A stretch of 64,000 nucleotides of DNA, taken from a virus (lineage: Duplodnaviria; Heunggongvirae; Uroviricota; Caudoviricetes). Each line of letters starts with the position of its first letter. Position 1 is the first letter of the stretch. This document shows, one piece after another, positions 27,538 through 37,266 of this stretch. The translations under genes were made by a program, and so were the position numbers. The stretch is from IMG/VR virus record IMGVR_UViG_3300010357_001332; one strand, 5' to 3'. The notes below the pieces were generated by a model that worked only from the letters and a program-made list of their open reading frames with translations, did not search any database and was not told the DNA's origin.

Positions 27538-28536
27538 TTATTTATGAAAACCTACTGCTCCTCCAAAATCATCGCTAGATTTTTTCTTGAACATTAGTTT
27601 TCTAAGTAGCTCACATGCTTCCTCAAATGTTTTATCTAAGCATTTAATTGATATAACTAATTCTGCTAAACCAGCAAAAGAGAAACCTTCTGTACCCTTT
27701 ACATATCTAGTTAACTCATCTTGATCTTCTATCTTTAATTTTTCAGCTAAATATATTCTTCTCATTACTTCAGAAGGCATTCCTATTTTTATTACTCTAT
27801 CAAATCGTCTCGGACGATTAACAATACGAGGATCCAATTTTTCTGGATAGTTAGTAGTAGCTATATGCAATACATGATTAGTATTAGATTCACCATCTAA
27901 AAATGATAGTAAACTTTCTTCTCCATATCTGTTAATAATAGAATCTATATCTTCAAATAAGCAGATAACTCTTCTATGAGGTTCTATTTTTCTTACTACT
28001 TCGATTCCTTTAATAAGAAGAGCAGGTGCCGTATTTCCGTTTAAAACTATACCATGTTCTTCTTTGATAAGAGCATTAAGAATTTGTTGTACAAGTATAC
28101 TCTTTCCACTTCCTTGAGGACCATAAAACATATATCCTCTTTTGTGTAGAAAGCCATACTTTTCAAATAGATCTGCTTTCTTCCAAAAAGAAGAAATTTC
28201 TGAAGTAATTTGACTCATAATACTATCAGGAAATGTTAACCAATTATCTACTGATAAATCTTGTTTAGTGAAAAGTATTCCCATATTAGTTCTATCTAGA
28301 TCATAGAATCCTGCAGGTATAGCTTTAATAGTATTACCGGAAGCCACAAAAGAATAACTAGATAAAGCAGACCATTGATTAACATCTTGCGGATGTTTTT
28401 GTTGATTATCCTCTGATAACTCTATTGGGGCATCTTCTGTTCCTACTATCTCTGCTATTTCCTTTCTAAGATTTAGAATATCTGAATTAATCTCTGTACC
28501 AAATTCTTCTATATCGTTCATCCATGTCTCCATCAA
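27538..28536 (-). CDS. AAA family ATPase
   Basis: Walker A GPQGSGKS and Walker B VICLFEDIDS. Confidence 0.6.
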   Translation of the reverse strand: MMETWMNDIEEFGTEINSDILNLRKEIAEIVGTEDAPIELSEDNQQKHPQDVNQWSALSSYSFVASGNTIKAIPAGFYDLDRTNMGILFTKQDLSVDNWLTFPDSIMSQITSEISSFWKKADLFEKYGFLHKRGYMFYGPQGSGKSILVQQILNALIKEEHGIVLNGNTAPALLIKGIEVVRKIEPHRRVICLFEDIDSIINRYGEESLLSFLDGESNTNHVLHIATTNYPEKLDPRIVNRPRRFDRVIKIGMPSEVMRRIYLAEKLKIEDQDELTRYVKGTEGFSFAGLAELVISIKCLDKTFEEACELLRKLMFKKKSSDDFGGAVGFHK

Positions 28537-29147
28537 TCTATAAGATAAGATCTAAGATCTAAAATTCTCTTTGCTATTTCTGTATCTTTATCATTACATG
28601 CATCTTCAAAATCAAAAAGATTGTTTGAAATAGAAGAGCATTCTTCATACGAAACATCTGCAAGACCTATATTATCAAACTTCCAATTTACTTTAAATTC
28701 TTTAGAAGCTTTTAAAGTAAAAGGTGTAGATATACCAACATGCTTATCAAGAATTTCTTGAAACTTTTTTTCATTTTGTATTCTTGAATAAGTAATATAT
28801 CTGTAAATATTTCTTAGTTCTACAAAAGCTTTTTCGTCTGTTTTTATTTGTTTTTTGGTATTAGAAATAATACTTTTATCCATCTTCACTTTTTGAAAGT
28901 ATTCTAATTCCTTATAAAAATTAAAAAGCATTTCATCAGAAAACTTTTCTTCATGCATTTCATAAAAATCTTTAAATTGACTGAAAAGCAATTCTACTGA
29001 GGAGTTATATACATCCCAAGAACAATACTTATCTTTGTTTTTTAAAGCAAACTTAACAGCATTAATTCTTTTAGTTATTTTTTTATAAAAAAGATAATCC
29101 AGCTCAGAAGTCATGAAAATTAACTTGTATTTAATTCTTGAAAGCAT
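28533..29147 (-). CDS. hypothetical protein
   Basis: 204 aa, stop/start-coupled to the AAA gene. Confidence 0.5.
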   Translation of the reverse strand: MLSRIKYKLIFMTSELDYLFYKKITKRINAVKFALKNKDKYCSWDVYNSSVELLFSQFKDFYEMHEEKFSDEMLFNFYKELEYFQKVKMDKSIISNTKKQIKTDEKAFVELRNIYRYITYSRIQNEKKFQEILDKHVGISTPFTLKASKEFKVNWKFDNIGLADVSYEECSSISNNLFDFEDACNDKDTEIAKRILDLRSYLID

Positions 29148-29383
29148 TATTTTTTCTTCTCCTTTGAGGATTTAGTACATTGCAAAGCATTGCCGTGCAA
29201 TGTCATTTGTAACTTACATTTGCATGTAACAGACTCATCATGGTGTAGAGGTGGTAATTCAGTTCCACAGCTAGGGCATTTAAAAGAAGTGATTACTAAA
29301 GCTGTATAGCTAGGATCAATTTCAGATCTACAATAAGATTTTATTGTATATCTATTATACGGAAGCAATTCTTTTATTATCAT
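29147..29383 (-). CDS. zinc-ribbon protein
   Basis: CPSCG...CKCK. Confidence 0.4.
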   Translation of the reverse strand: MIIKELLPYNRYTIKSYCRSEIDPSYTALVITSFKCPSCGTELPPLHHDESVTCKCKLQMTLHGNALQCTKSSKEKKK

Positions 29384-30010
29384 TTAATATTCCCTCCAAA
29401 ATTGTGTTCCACAATACTTACACTTAGCACCTTCTTTTGCAACACCACATCCTGGGCAGAAATCACTCTTTCTTTTTCCAGGAGGAATCTTAGATATTAC
29501 TTGACTTAAACTAAGTATTGCCTCTGCTGCTTTCTCAAATACGTTTTCTTCTTCTTGATAATCTAAATCATAAACTTCGTTTAACTGTTGCTCAAATTCA
29601 ACCCATTTTTCTTCGTTATCCGTTCCACAATAATTACAATGATATGAGTATCCTGGAACAGGAAAACCGCATTTAGTACAGATGTAATACTTCTTTTCTT
29701 GTTCTTCTATATATCTAGAATAAATATTTATTCCTTGGATGATCCAATGATACCTGGTTAAATATCTATTTCTGGAAGAAGAAAAGAACATTGTACCAAG
29801 TAATTTAATTTGATTAAGCCCTAATATAATTATATAAGTAAGATAGGATCTTTCTTTTAAAGATTCTATAGGAATAGAATAATATTTAGAATGCTTTTTT
29901 AAAACTACTCTAGCATAAAAGTCCTTTAATTCCGACATATGTTTAGAATGAAAGTCTTTGTTATTAAGTTCTTCTATTTTAAGAAGTTTTAGATTACTTG
30001 TTAACAACAT
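29384..30010 (-). CDS. double zinc-ribbon protein
   Basis: CTKCG..CNYCG and CPGCG..CKYCG. Confidence 0.45.
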   Translation of the reverse strand: MLLTSNLKLLKIEELNNKDFHSKHMSELKDFYARVVLKKHSKYYSIPIESLKERSYLTYIIILGLNQIKLLGTMFFSSSRNRYLTRYHWIIQGINIYSRYIEEQEKKYYICTKCGFPVPGYSYHCNYCGTDNEEKWVEFEQQLNEVYDLDYQEEENVFEKAAEAILSLSQVISKIPPGKRKSDFCPGCGVAKEGAKCKYCGTQFWREY

Positions 30011-30206
30011 AATTAATACCAGATAAACTACTTCGTATAGTAGTTAATTCTTTATCTAACCCTAGAAGGCGAAGCATTGCATTTGTTACATCTTTTACAC
30101 CCTCTTTCTTTCCTACCTCAAATCCTCTACTAAATTCTTTTCTTAACTTATTTTGAAGTTGTTTTTCTGTGTATAACTTCTCTTGTTTTACTTTTTTCTT
30201 TTCCAT
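29994..30206 (-). CDS. hypothetical protein
   Basis: 70-aa basic ORF. Confidence 0.35.
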   Translation of the reverse strand: MEKKKVKQEKLYTEKQLQNKLRKEFSRGFEVGKKEGVKDVTNAMLRLLGLDKELTTIRSSLSGINYVVNK

Positions 30207-30648
30207 GGATTATGCCATACCTCCGTTTTACCCAAAAGTTTGTGAACAGTTTCTTCCCATAAAATACTTTTACAAAGATCTTGTATTTCATCTTCTGATA
30301 ATCCTTTTATCAAATCATCTTCTAATTTCATTTGACAAAGGAGCTTATCATTATGATATACATCTATTAGTCTCATTTCTTCTTTTTAAGATTTTTAATA
30401 AAAAGTTCTATGCTTTCTTTAACATCTTTATATACTTGTTCAGTAGATACTATTTTCTTTTTGGAAGTATATTTCTTTTGAATCTTTTTCATTTCTTTTC
30501 TACCTCTACTTCTTCAAATTTAGATCTTAATCCTGTAGCACCATTAGCTTTTGTATAGTGATAGTAGTGTAATACTATCTTCTTACCACTAGTTTTCTTA
30601 TCCTTTTTATTATCTTCTTTACCACCAATCTTTGCCATTACATTTCTC

Positions 30649-31164
30649 CTATTTTAATATTATCTCATAATAGATAGCTACTGCTGCTAAACTAGAAAGA
30701 TATGAAATGTTATCATCTTTTTCTAGTGGTTCTATACCATCTGGTATTCTAACTCTAATTGGAAATCTGTATTCTAAAACATTTTCATCTATATCTATAA
30801 TAGAAACTATTGCAAAAAGCTCTCTAAGATTATAACTTAATTCTACATTAGATATCTTTAATGAATACCAAGTATAAGTATTCAGAATATCTTTACTATT
30901 TTTTGCACTATCTGTATAAAAGAAATTATATAATAAATTAGATAATTCTTTTTGAAAGATTTCTCTATTTGCATAATCAGTTACTACTTTAAATTCACCT
31001 TTAGATTTATATCCATATGCTTTATACTCACTAGTATTAAAGGGTATCCATCCAATAAACATTTTATGATGCTTCTTTAATTCTATTGCATAACTATCAA
31101 CGGAATTAAATATAAAAATAGCTAGTAAAATAATCAATAACTTTTTCATATTATTATTCCTCAC
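30649..31164 (-). CDS. secreted protein
   Basis: Signal peptide; 171 aa. Confidence 0.45.
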   Translation of the reverse strand: MRNNNMKKLLIILLAIFIFNSVDSYAIELKKHHKMFIGWIPFNTSEYKAYGYKSKGEFKVVTDYANREIFQKELSNLLYNFFYTDSAKNSKDILNTYTWYSLKISNVELSYNLRELFAIVSIIDIDENVLEYRFPIRVRIPDGIEPLEKDDNISYLSSLAAVAIYYEIILK

Positions 31165-31375
31165 ATTTTACAGGTGTTCCATCATCATGCAACTTTGGTG
31201 CTATACCACCAGCCTGATAACCATTATTTAAATAATACACATGCCCTTCAATGCATCTTCTTTGAATATAAAAACTCTGTAAGTAATTTCCATGATTGAC
31301 GCTACCTGGTGTAGAATAATCATTGGATGAACAATTAAGAAATACAAAAGCTACTAGACAAATTAGTTTTTTCAT
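31154..31375 (-). CDS. lipoprotein
   Basis: Lipobox FLNCSS; RBS AGGAGACGATA. Confidence 0.45.
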   Translation of the reverse strand: MKKLICLVAFVFLNCSSNDYSTPGSVNHGNYLQSFYIQRRCIEGHVYYLNNGYQAGGIAPKLHDDGTPVKCEE

Positions 31376-31586
31376 TATCGTCTCCTATTTTATTTTAATG
31401 TCCTGGAGTGAGGCACTGCCCCTCACACAGCATGTTTGGCTCCTACCCTCGATATTACTATCTACTACACTACCGTCCGTCTCGTTGTTAGTATCCGGCC
31501 CACAACAACCTATTAGGCGACTACCCCTATACATGCTAATTCATATTGCCGGTGTCCCTTCTTGCGTCTTCTACTTCCGCCATCCA
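31376..31586 (-). ncRNA. GC-rich structured leader / candidate cis-regulatory or small RNA
   Basis: About 50% GC island in a 28% GC genome with several stems (GTGAGG-GGCAGTG-CCTCAC; GTTGTT/AACAAC), directly upstream of the lipoprotein gene. Confidence 0.35.
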
Positions 31587-31611
31587 GGAAAAAGAGGAGC
31601 ATCAGCTCCTC
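31587..31611 (-). terminator. rho-independent terminator of the SPFH gene
   Basis: GAGGAGC-TGAT-GCTCCTC hairpin followed by TTTTTCC on the minus strand, 14 nt after the stop. Confidence 0.6.
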
Positions 31612-31624
31612 AAAACATTAGATA

Positions 31625-32362
31625 CTATTTTTGGTTAGGTACCATCATCATGGTTTTATCACCCATCATATACATAGGAAGTTTGCCATCCCATTTTTGA
31701 ATCCACTGCATCATAACTGTATCCTTACTGATAGTTGCACGAAGAAGTTCTTGCTTACGCGCTTCACCTTCAGCTGTTAAAATAGTAGCTAGCTTATCTT
31801 GTTCAGCCTGTTTCTTTTTATACTCTGCAGTTTTAATCTTTTGTTCTTCAATCTGTTTTTCTTCTACAACTTTATTAAATTCTTCATCAAAAGAGATATT
31901 AACTAGATTAACGGATTCTAGAACAATATTATAAAAAGCAAGTCTATCTTTTAAAGATTTCTCTATAAGAGATTTAACGTCTTCTCTTTTTACAATAATC
32001 TCCTCTACAGGATATTGTGAAACAGAAGCTTTAACGCTTTCATTAACAGCAGGATGCAGAACTTTATCTGCATAATCTCTACCTACTTTAACATACAAGT
32101 TATTTACTTTTTCATAATCTAGATGATAATTAATCACTACTTTTACAAAAACTTTTTGTAAGTCTTTTGATGCAGATTCTGCATCAATTGTTTCTTTTTG
32201 TGTTTTTACATCAAATTTAACTACATCAGTTACAATAGGAAGCTTAAAGTGCAATCCTTGAGAATAAGCGTCTGTAGCACCAGTAATTCTATTAAATGTA
32301 ACACCTACTACACCTGCACCAACTGTATAACAAGATCCACAAGTAAGAATTAAACTAAGCAA
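31625..32362 (-). CDS. SPFH/band-7 (prohibitin/HflC-like) membrane protein
   Basis: N-terminal TM plus SPFH-core-like sequence and a C-terminal E/K/Q coiled coil. Confidence 0.55.
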   Translation of the reverse strand: MLSLILTCGSCYTVGAGVVGVTFNRITGATDAYSQGLHFKLPIVTDVVKFDVKTQKETIDAESASKDLQKVFVKVVINYHLDYEKVNNLYVKVGRDYADKVLHPAVNESVKASVSQYPVEEIIVKREDVKSLIEKSLKDRLAFYNIVLESVNLVNISFDEEFNKVVEEKQIEEQKIKTAEYKKKQAEQDKLATILTAEGEARKQELLRATISKDTVMMQWIQKWDGKLPMYMMGDKTMMMVPNQK

Positions 32363-32477
32363 ACCAAGTAGTGATCATTTGATAATCTTTGGTACCTGTT
32401 TTTTAATAGCATCCACCTCCATATTCATTTATATCTAATCCTCCTTTAGTTAATTTATATATAAAATTAGAATTTAT

Positions 32478-32723
32478 CTAATTGTATATATTACTATTTA
32501 ATAATTCCCAACCTTTTTCTGTTAGTCTAAATTCACAATATTTAGTATCTGGCCAATGTTTATCTGAAAAGTATTCTGCATATCCTTGCTTAACAAGAAA
32601 ATCTGCAGCTCTGGCATCTGCAGAAAATCTAGTACTAAATTTATTATCCTCTTCGAATGAAGAATAACAAAACTGATTTATCAGTTGAAGAAGATGATGT
32701 AGAGTTTCTTTATCTATTTCCAT
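32478..32723 (-). CDS. hypothetical protein
   Basis: 81-aa ORF. Confidence 0.4.
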   Translation of the reverse strand: MEIDKETLHHLLQLINQFCYSSFEEDNKFSTRFSADARAADFLVKQGYAEYFSDKHWPDTKYCEFRLTEKGWELLNSNIYN

Positions 32724-32976
32724 TACTATTACACCTTATTGGTCTTGGATCTCCATTTTCTATTTGATACATTTGAATAGTATGTGCTGAAGAATACTTA
32801 TCTGAAGTATACGTAGTTAAATATTTGTATCCATCAATACATAAAATTCTATAATAAATTCTGTCACTATATTTATAAGATTCATCTTTGGATAAAGAAA
32901 ATCTATCTATTATAGTAGTTTTTGCAAAAGAAAAAGAGCCAAGTAAAATAAATATTATTACTAATAACTTTTTCAT
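32710..32976 (-). CDS. secreted protein
   Basis: Signal peptide. Confidence 0.4.
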   Translation of the reverse strand: MKKLLVIIFILLGSFSFAKTTIIDRFSLSKDESYKYSDRIYYRILCIDGYKYLTTYTSDKYSSAHTIQMYQIENGDPRPIRCNSNGNR

Positions 32977-32978
32977 AA

Positions 32979-33572
32979 TTAAACACCTGTTAATTCCTTA
33001 AAGTGTGGAAGCTGTTCTACCCAAGAACAAAACTCACCCCAATCTTCTTTTAGCTTATGCATCTTTCTTTGATTATAAATGTTTTTCAATTGTAAATAGT
33101 TAGTACTTATTCTGGCTGTTAACTCCAATCCCATTGGACAGTTAGAAAGTAACTTCATATAATTTTCATAAGTAGGATTAGCTTGATAATCATTTTGTAG
33201 ATTAGTAAGATATTCTATTACTTGTTTTGACACATATTTATTCATTCCAGATTCCAAATCCATAAAAGCTAATTTGTGCATTTTACTTTGCGAACTAATA
33301 AACTGTGCAAAATGATATCTCTGAAACTGCATTGACCAATAAGCTGGATAGGTTACATCAAACTGAACAATAATACCAGTAAGAAAATTTGCATGTCCAG
33401 AATTTGATTGTGCATTACCTAGCTTACAGCTTCTTTTATAATGAGGTGTTTTATCAAAATGAAAATAAACACCATCGCTAAATTCATGTGGTAAATCTGT
33501 TCGCATTGGATATCCAGAAGCAATACAACTTTCTTCTAGACCATAAACTTGTGTGTTACTTATTCTTAACAT
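32979..33572 (-). CDS. divergent ThyX-like (flavin-dependent thymidylate synthase family) protein
   Basis: FQRYHFAQFISSQSKM aligns with the ThyX signature RHRxxSxxxxSxR but with substitutions (RYH, first Ser to Gln, Arg to Lys). Confidence 0.4.
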   Translation of the reverse strand: MLRISNTQVYGLEESCIASGYPMRTDLPHEFSDGVYFHFDKTPHYKRSCKLGNAQSNSGHANFLTGIIVQFDVTYPAYWSMQFQRYHFAQFISSQSKMHKLAFMDLESGMNKYVSKQVIEYLTNLQNDYQANPTYENYMKLLSNCPMGLELTARISTNYLQLKNIYNQRKMHKLKEDWGEFCSWVEQLPHFKELTGV

Positions 33573-33969
33573 TATTATCTTCTTCCAAAAGTTTATTTAA
33601 TTTAGAAAGATAAGGAAGAGCTTTCTCATATTCTTCTGTTTTAACTTTATCCAAATCTTCAAATTTAACAAAGGCAACAGAATGATATTCAAGAGTTTGA
33701 ATTTTATCATCTTTTGTCATAGTCCAAATATTTGTTTCTACTTTCCAAGTATTATTCAAATAAGAAGATCTTTTTACTTCTTGTTCAATACTTGCTTTGA
33801 TATTACTTGCAATAAAATCTTTTTCTTTTTCCATAGTATTTACCTTAGGTTGAAGTACATTGTAAATTACTTTATTACAGCTTACAATACCAAAACCAAG
33901 ACTGGCAAGAACAAGTATTATAAAAGCTGCAATACTCACAAATATTACACCAAACACTGCTTTTATCAT
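33556..33969 (-). CDS. membrane-anchored protein
   Basis: N-terminal TM. Confidence 0.45.
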   Translation of the reverse strand: MIKAVFGVIFVSIAAFIILVLASLGFGIVSCNKVIYNVLQPKVNTMEKEKDFIASNIKASIEQEVKRSSYLNNTWKVETNIWTMTKDDKIQTLEYHSVAFVKFEDLDKVKTEEYEKALPYLSKLNKLLEEDNNVKNK

Positions 33970-33973
33970 AATA

Positions 33974-34168
33974 TTACCTCAAAAATGCTTCAGCAAGAAT
34001 AAGCATAAGAATTAAACCCATAAGAACACAAGCTAATACTTTTAACGGGAGCGGTCTATCCTTAACAAAAATATCTGCTATGGTCCATACACAAACAATT
34101 ATAAGAAAAATAGAATATAATGTTCCTAATAATACTGAAAGAAGATAACCAAAACCACCACCAATCAA
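33974..34168 (-). CDS. small membrane protein
   Basis: 64 aa, 2 TM. Confidence 0.4.
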   Translation of the reverse strand: MIGGGFGYLLSVLLGTLYSIFLIIVCVWTIADIFVKDRPLPLKVLACVLMGLILMLILAEAFLR

Positions 34169-34403
34169 ACCGACAACTAAAGGTATTATAATTTTACTTT
34201 TATCCTTTTTAAATATTTTTTACAAGTTTCTTAAAGTTTCTTGAGAAAATCTCAAGATAATCTTCGAAGAAATCTTGAATGGCAAATTTAATAGTGTAAT
34301 ACCATTCACGAAACTTATCTGTAACTATTTCCAGATATTTTAAAAATATTTCAATAAATTTCTGAAGTTTTTTCTTAAATGTTTCCATAATTTTAACTCC
34401 TAT

Positions 34404-34580
34404 TTAACTTTGATTAAAAGTAGATTTCATTTCTTCTGGAATAACTATTTTTTTACTTTGATAGCGCCGTTTAGCTTCTTTCCCACACTTCTCACATGGA
34501 ATAGTCTTTGGAAAATCCACTCCATATTCCTTTTTAAATTCTGTAATATGACCACATTCACAGATGTATTCGTCTATCAT
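34404..34580 (-). CDS. FmdB-like zinc-ribbon small protein
   Basis: 58 aa with CECG...CEKCG; RBS GGAGAAG before the ATG; below the ORF track's 60-aa cutoff. Confidence 0.4.
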   Translation of the reverse strand: MIDEYICECGHITEFKKEYGVDFPKTIPCEKCGKEAKRRYQSKKIVIPEEMKSTFNQS

Positions 34581-34950
34581 TTCTTTTTCTTCTCCTTTTT
34601 TGGAATATACAGTATTAATGATTCTTGTCTCATAAAATATTTTGTAAATTTATCATCTACAACTTCATAGCTATGGTAGTAAGATGGAAAATAGCTACGT
34701 TCCTCTTCAGCTTGTGTGTAATCCGTTACTATAAATACCCTATCGTCCTGCACTGAATCAGTATATCTAAGAACAGGGCAAGATTTATCTTTTAATCTAA
34801 CTTGAACTTTATCTCCTTTTTAAAGATAAAAGGATTCTTTAGAAAGAAAATTTCTTTCTTTAAACTCTGAATTTCAGAATTTGTTGCTTCTTTATAGTGT
34901 GAAAAATTGCTTTCTAAGTCTTTAAATCGTTTAAAAATCATATTAAACTC
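34579..34950 (-). pseudogene. gene interrupted by a frameshift at a T5A5 tract (about 34812)
   Basis: A 49-codon ORF starting with ATG at 34950 stops at TAA. The +1 frame then continues open for about 77 codons with no start codon and ends in an ATGA overlap with the zinc-ribbon gene. Confidence 0.4.
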
Positions 34951-35193
34951 CTAAAATTTAAGTTTAACTACAGAGTAATCGTCTTTATACTTTTCGAATA
35001 ATACACGAACAGCAGCTTTGATGTTATCTGCATCTGCTTCATCCTTAAGAAGAAGAGTTAAATCAACTGCTAGATCTAGACATTTTTCGAAATCTAAGGT
35101 GATCTCTTCTTTTTTCTTATGATATCTAAAAAATGATAAAATTTTTGCTGTCATAAATTTTGAGTAAAAGTAGTGTATGAATAACCTATACAA
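34951..35193 (-). CDS. hypothetical protein
   Basis: 80-aa ORF. Confidence 0.4.
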   Translation of the reverse strand: MYRLFIHYFYSKFMTAKILSFFRYHKKKEEITLDFEKCLDLAVDLTLLLKDEADADNIKAAVRVLFEKYKDDYSVVKLKF

Positions 35194-35467
35194 TTATTTT
35201 TCTAATCATCCCTTCTAAAGTATTAATAGATATCTGTGCAACCTGCTTACCTTCCTTGTATCTATTTTTAACAATTACAAGACTACTATGATTAAATGCA
35301 TTAGCATGATTTTTATTTAAAAGATGAACTCCTTGAAGAAAATCTTTCGAATAGAAAAATCTATCTGGAATAGTTAAACTCCAGCATTCACCTTTATGAA
35401 AAAAGGATTCTTTTGTACTTGTATCTTTTGAAAAGATAAAATGATAAGTATGAAATTTTTCAATCAT
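35186..35467 (-). CDS. hypothetical protein
   Basis: 93-aa ORF. Confidence 0.4.
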   Translation of the reverse strand: MIEKFHTYHFIFSKDTSTKESFFHKGECWSLTIPDRFFYSKDFLQGVHLLNKNHANAFNHSSLVIVKNRYKEGKQVAQISINTLEGMIRKIIV

Positions 35468-35738
35468 CTTCTACTATCTCTCTTTTAAAGAAGTGTATTT
35501 CCTTTTTCTCAATTAAAGATATAAACTGTTGTACTGTTATATATACTCTTCTTAAAGAAATTTGATCATGTATATTATAAGGTATAATTGTTAATTTAAA
35601 ATCTTGATCAAAAGATATCAAAATATATGCTAACTCTAATGAAGATTTATTACCAAATGAAATTTTATAACATTCATGCTTTTTCAAAGAATGAATTGGT
35701 ATGTTTTTCATAACTATAAAATAAAAAACAGATTTCAT
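35460..35738 (-). CDS. hypothetical protein
   Basis: 92-aa ORF. Confidence 0.4.
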   Translation of the reverse strand: MKSVFYFIVMKNIPIHSLKKHECYKISFGNKSSLELAYILISFDQDFKLTIIPYNIHDQISLRRVYITVQQFISLIEKKEIHFFKREIVEDD

Positions 35739-35740
35739 TT

Positions 35741-36067
35741 CTATTCATCCACTCTAACCATTTCTAATTGCATAAAAATCCTTTTTGGACAAGCAAATAA
35801 TTTTTTAGTTTCAAGATCCTGATAAATGGTTAGTATATCGCTTTTAACAAGTTTAGTTAAACCTCTTGTTACACCGACAACTACTTTAGTATCAGTATGT
35901 TCGAATAATTGTATTGTTTCACCCGTTTCAGTATGTTCTGCTTCACCCTTACCCACATACTGATGTAAAAACTCATTTTTTATCTTTACTGCATGAGGAA
36001 CATCACCCATAATAATTATGAGCTTATTTTCTTTAGTTCTATATACTCCAGAGACAACGAATTCCAT
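35741..36067 (-). CDS. hypothetical protein
   Basis: 108-aa ORF. Confidence 0.4.
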   Translation of the reverse strand: MEFVVSGVYRTKENKLIIIMGDVPHAVKIKNEFLHQYVGKGEAEHTETGETIQLFEHTDTKVVVGVTRGLTKLVKSDILTIYQDLETKKLFACPKRIFMQLEMVRVDE

Positions 36068-36278
36068 ATCTACCTCCTATTTACCTTCAATTATTCTTTC
36101 TTTCATTAGTTTAGTTTCTTTTCCTTTTTGTTTGTGAGAAAGATACTTCCATCTATTCTTAAGTTCTTTCTTATCTTTATCCTCTGTAATACCAACTACT
36201 CTACAATACCTGTTAATTAAAGTCATTGTCTTTTCTCTCATGTATATCTCCTGATAATAAATTAGATGTCAAAGAAAG

Positions 36279-36350
36279 AGACCTAGATTTTTAGGTCTAG
36301 GTCTTAGAGAGGAATGAATAGTATTCATTCCTAAATAGGAGGCTTTGAGA
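36279..36350 (-). terminator. tandem intergenic hairpins (terminator/regulatory)
   Basis: AGACCTAGA..TCTAGGTCT and GGAATGAATA-CTA-TATTCATTCC stems downstream of gene 36410..36664; a TTGACA hexamer follows. Confidence 0.35.
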
Positions 36351-36409
36351 AACTTCAACTAGCTATCATATATAATAATATCTCCTGATTGTTTTTTTCT
36401 ATATAAATT

Positions 36410-36664
36410 TTATTGTAAAAGATTTTTTAAATCTATTATAACACATTCTAAATCTTCTAATTCAGTGTAAAACATGATTATATCTATGCTCTCATTTTCT
36501 ATATGAAGTTTCTTTTGAAGAAAAGATGATTTTGTATTATAAGATATTAACTCCTTTTGAGTAGGAAAATTTATACCAGTACATTCTATAATTCTATTAA
36601 ATAGAGTTTCTGTTCTTCGCGTATACTCGTCAATTAAATCTTGTATTTTATCTCTCATATTCAC
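36410..36664 (-). CDS. hypothetical protein
   Basis: 84-aa ORF. Confidence 0.4.
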   Translation of the reverse strand: MNMRDKIQDLIDEYTRRTETLFNRIIECTGINFPTQKELISYNTKSSFLQKKLHIENESIDIIMFYTELEDLECVIIDLKNLLQ

Positions 36665-37266
36665 TCCTTATAAAAAGAAAAAGTACCCATTGTAGTTTTA
36701 GATGATCTACCACGATAAGTAGTATACTTTGTCATTTTCCATTTTTTAAAGTTAAAAGATTGTGTGGCTTCTTCCAAAGAAATAGGAATTAGCCTATTGC
36801 TGTAATCTAGAATACTATTAAAAACAATTAATATATCTCTTATATTACAAGCATCAATTGATGTTATAATTCTTTTTAAACCTTTTAATCCATTTGGAAA
36901 ATAATCACAACTATCAAAATTAATAATTGCTGGTAGCTGATTTTTTGCTAATAAAGAAAAATCAAATGAGCAGATGTCTTGTTTAAGCCAGATAGGACCT
37001 TTAAATTTACTATTTCTATTGTGTGTATCAAAGTTCTTATTTTCAAAACTAATCAGTTGTTCTTTTTGTATTAACTTCTTTTTAAGAAGATGATATAATT
37101 CTGTATTTGGAATAATTCTTCCAAAATCGTCTATACAAGGTCCTGCTAAAGTAAAATACTTTCTATCACAGGGAATAGAAGATTTACCTGTGATAGAAAG
37201 ATAATTAGAGAAGATCATTTCTTCTCTATTTAATAATTTTTCTGGATCTGTATATAGTTTAATCAT
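36661..37266 (-). CDS. hypothetical protein
   Basis: 201-aa ORF. Confidence 0.5.
   Translation of the reverse strand: MIKLYTDPEKLLNREEMIFSNYLSITGKSSIPCDRKYFTLAGPCIDDFGRIIPNTELYHLLKKKLIQKEQLISFENKNFDTHNRNSKFKGPIWLKQDICSFDFSLLAKNQLPAIINFDSCDYFPNGLKGLKRIITSIDACNIRDILIVFNSILDYSNRLIPISLEEATQSFNFKKWKMTKYTTYRGRSSKTTMGTFSFYKE

Noticed and set aside
31323-31700. 125-aa plus-strand ORF
   Set aside because: Lies across a GC-rich non-coding island and a terminator hairpin and overlaps minus-strand genes at both ends. Its openness is explained by the high GC of the region (fewer AT-rich stop codons), not by coding.
34410-34670. 86-aa plus-strand ORF
   Set aside because: Antisense to the zinc-ribbon gene 34404..34580 and the frameshifted gene; F/L-rich composition typical of an AT-rich antisense frame.
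36241-36300. TTGACA hexamer upstream of a 54-aa ORF as a sigma-70 promoter
   Set aside because: No acceptably spaced -10 element (the TATTAT is only 7 nt away); in AT-rich DNA such hexamers occur by chance.
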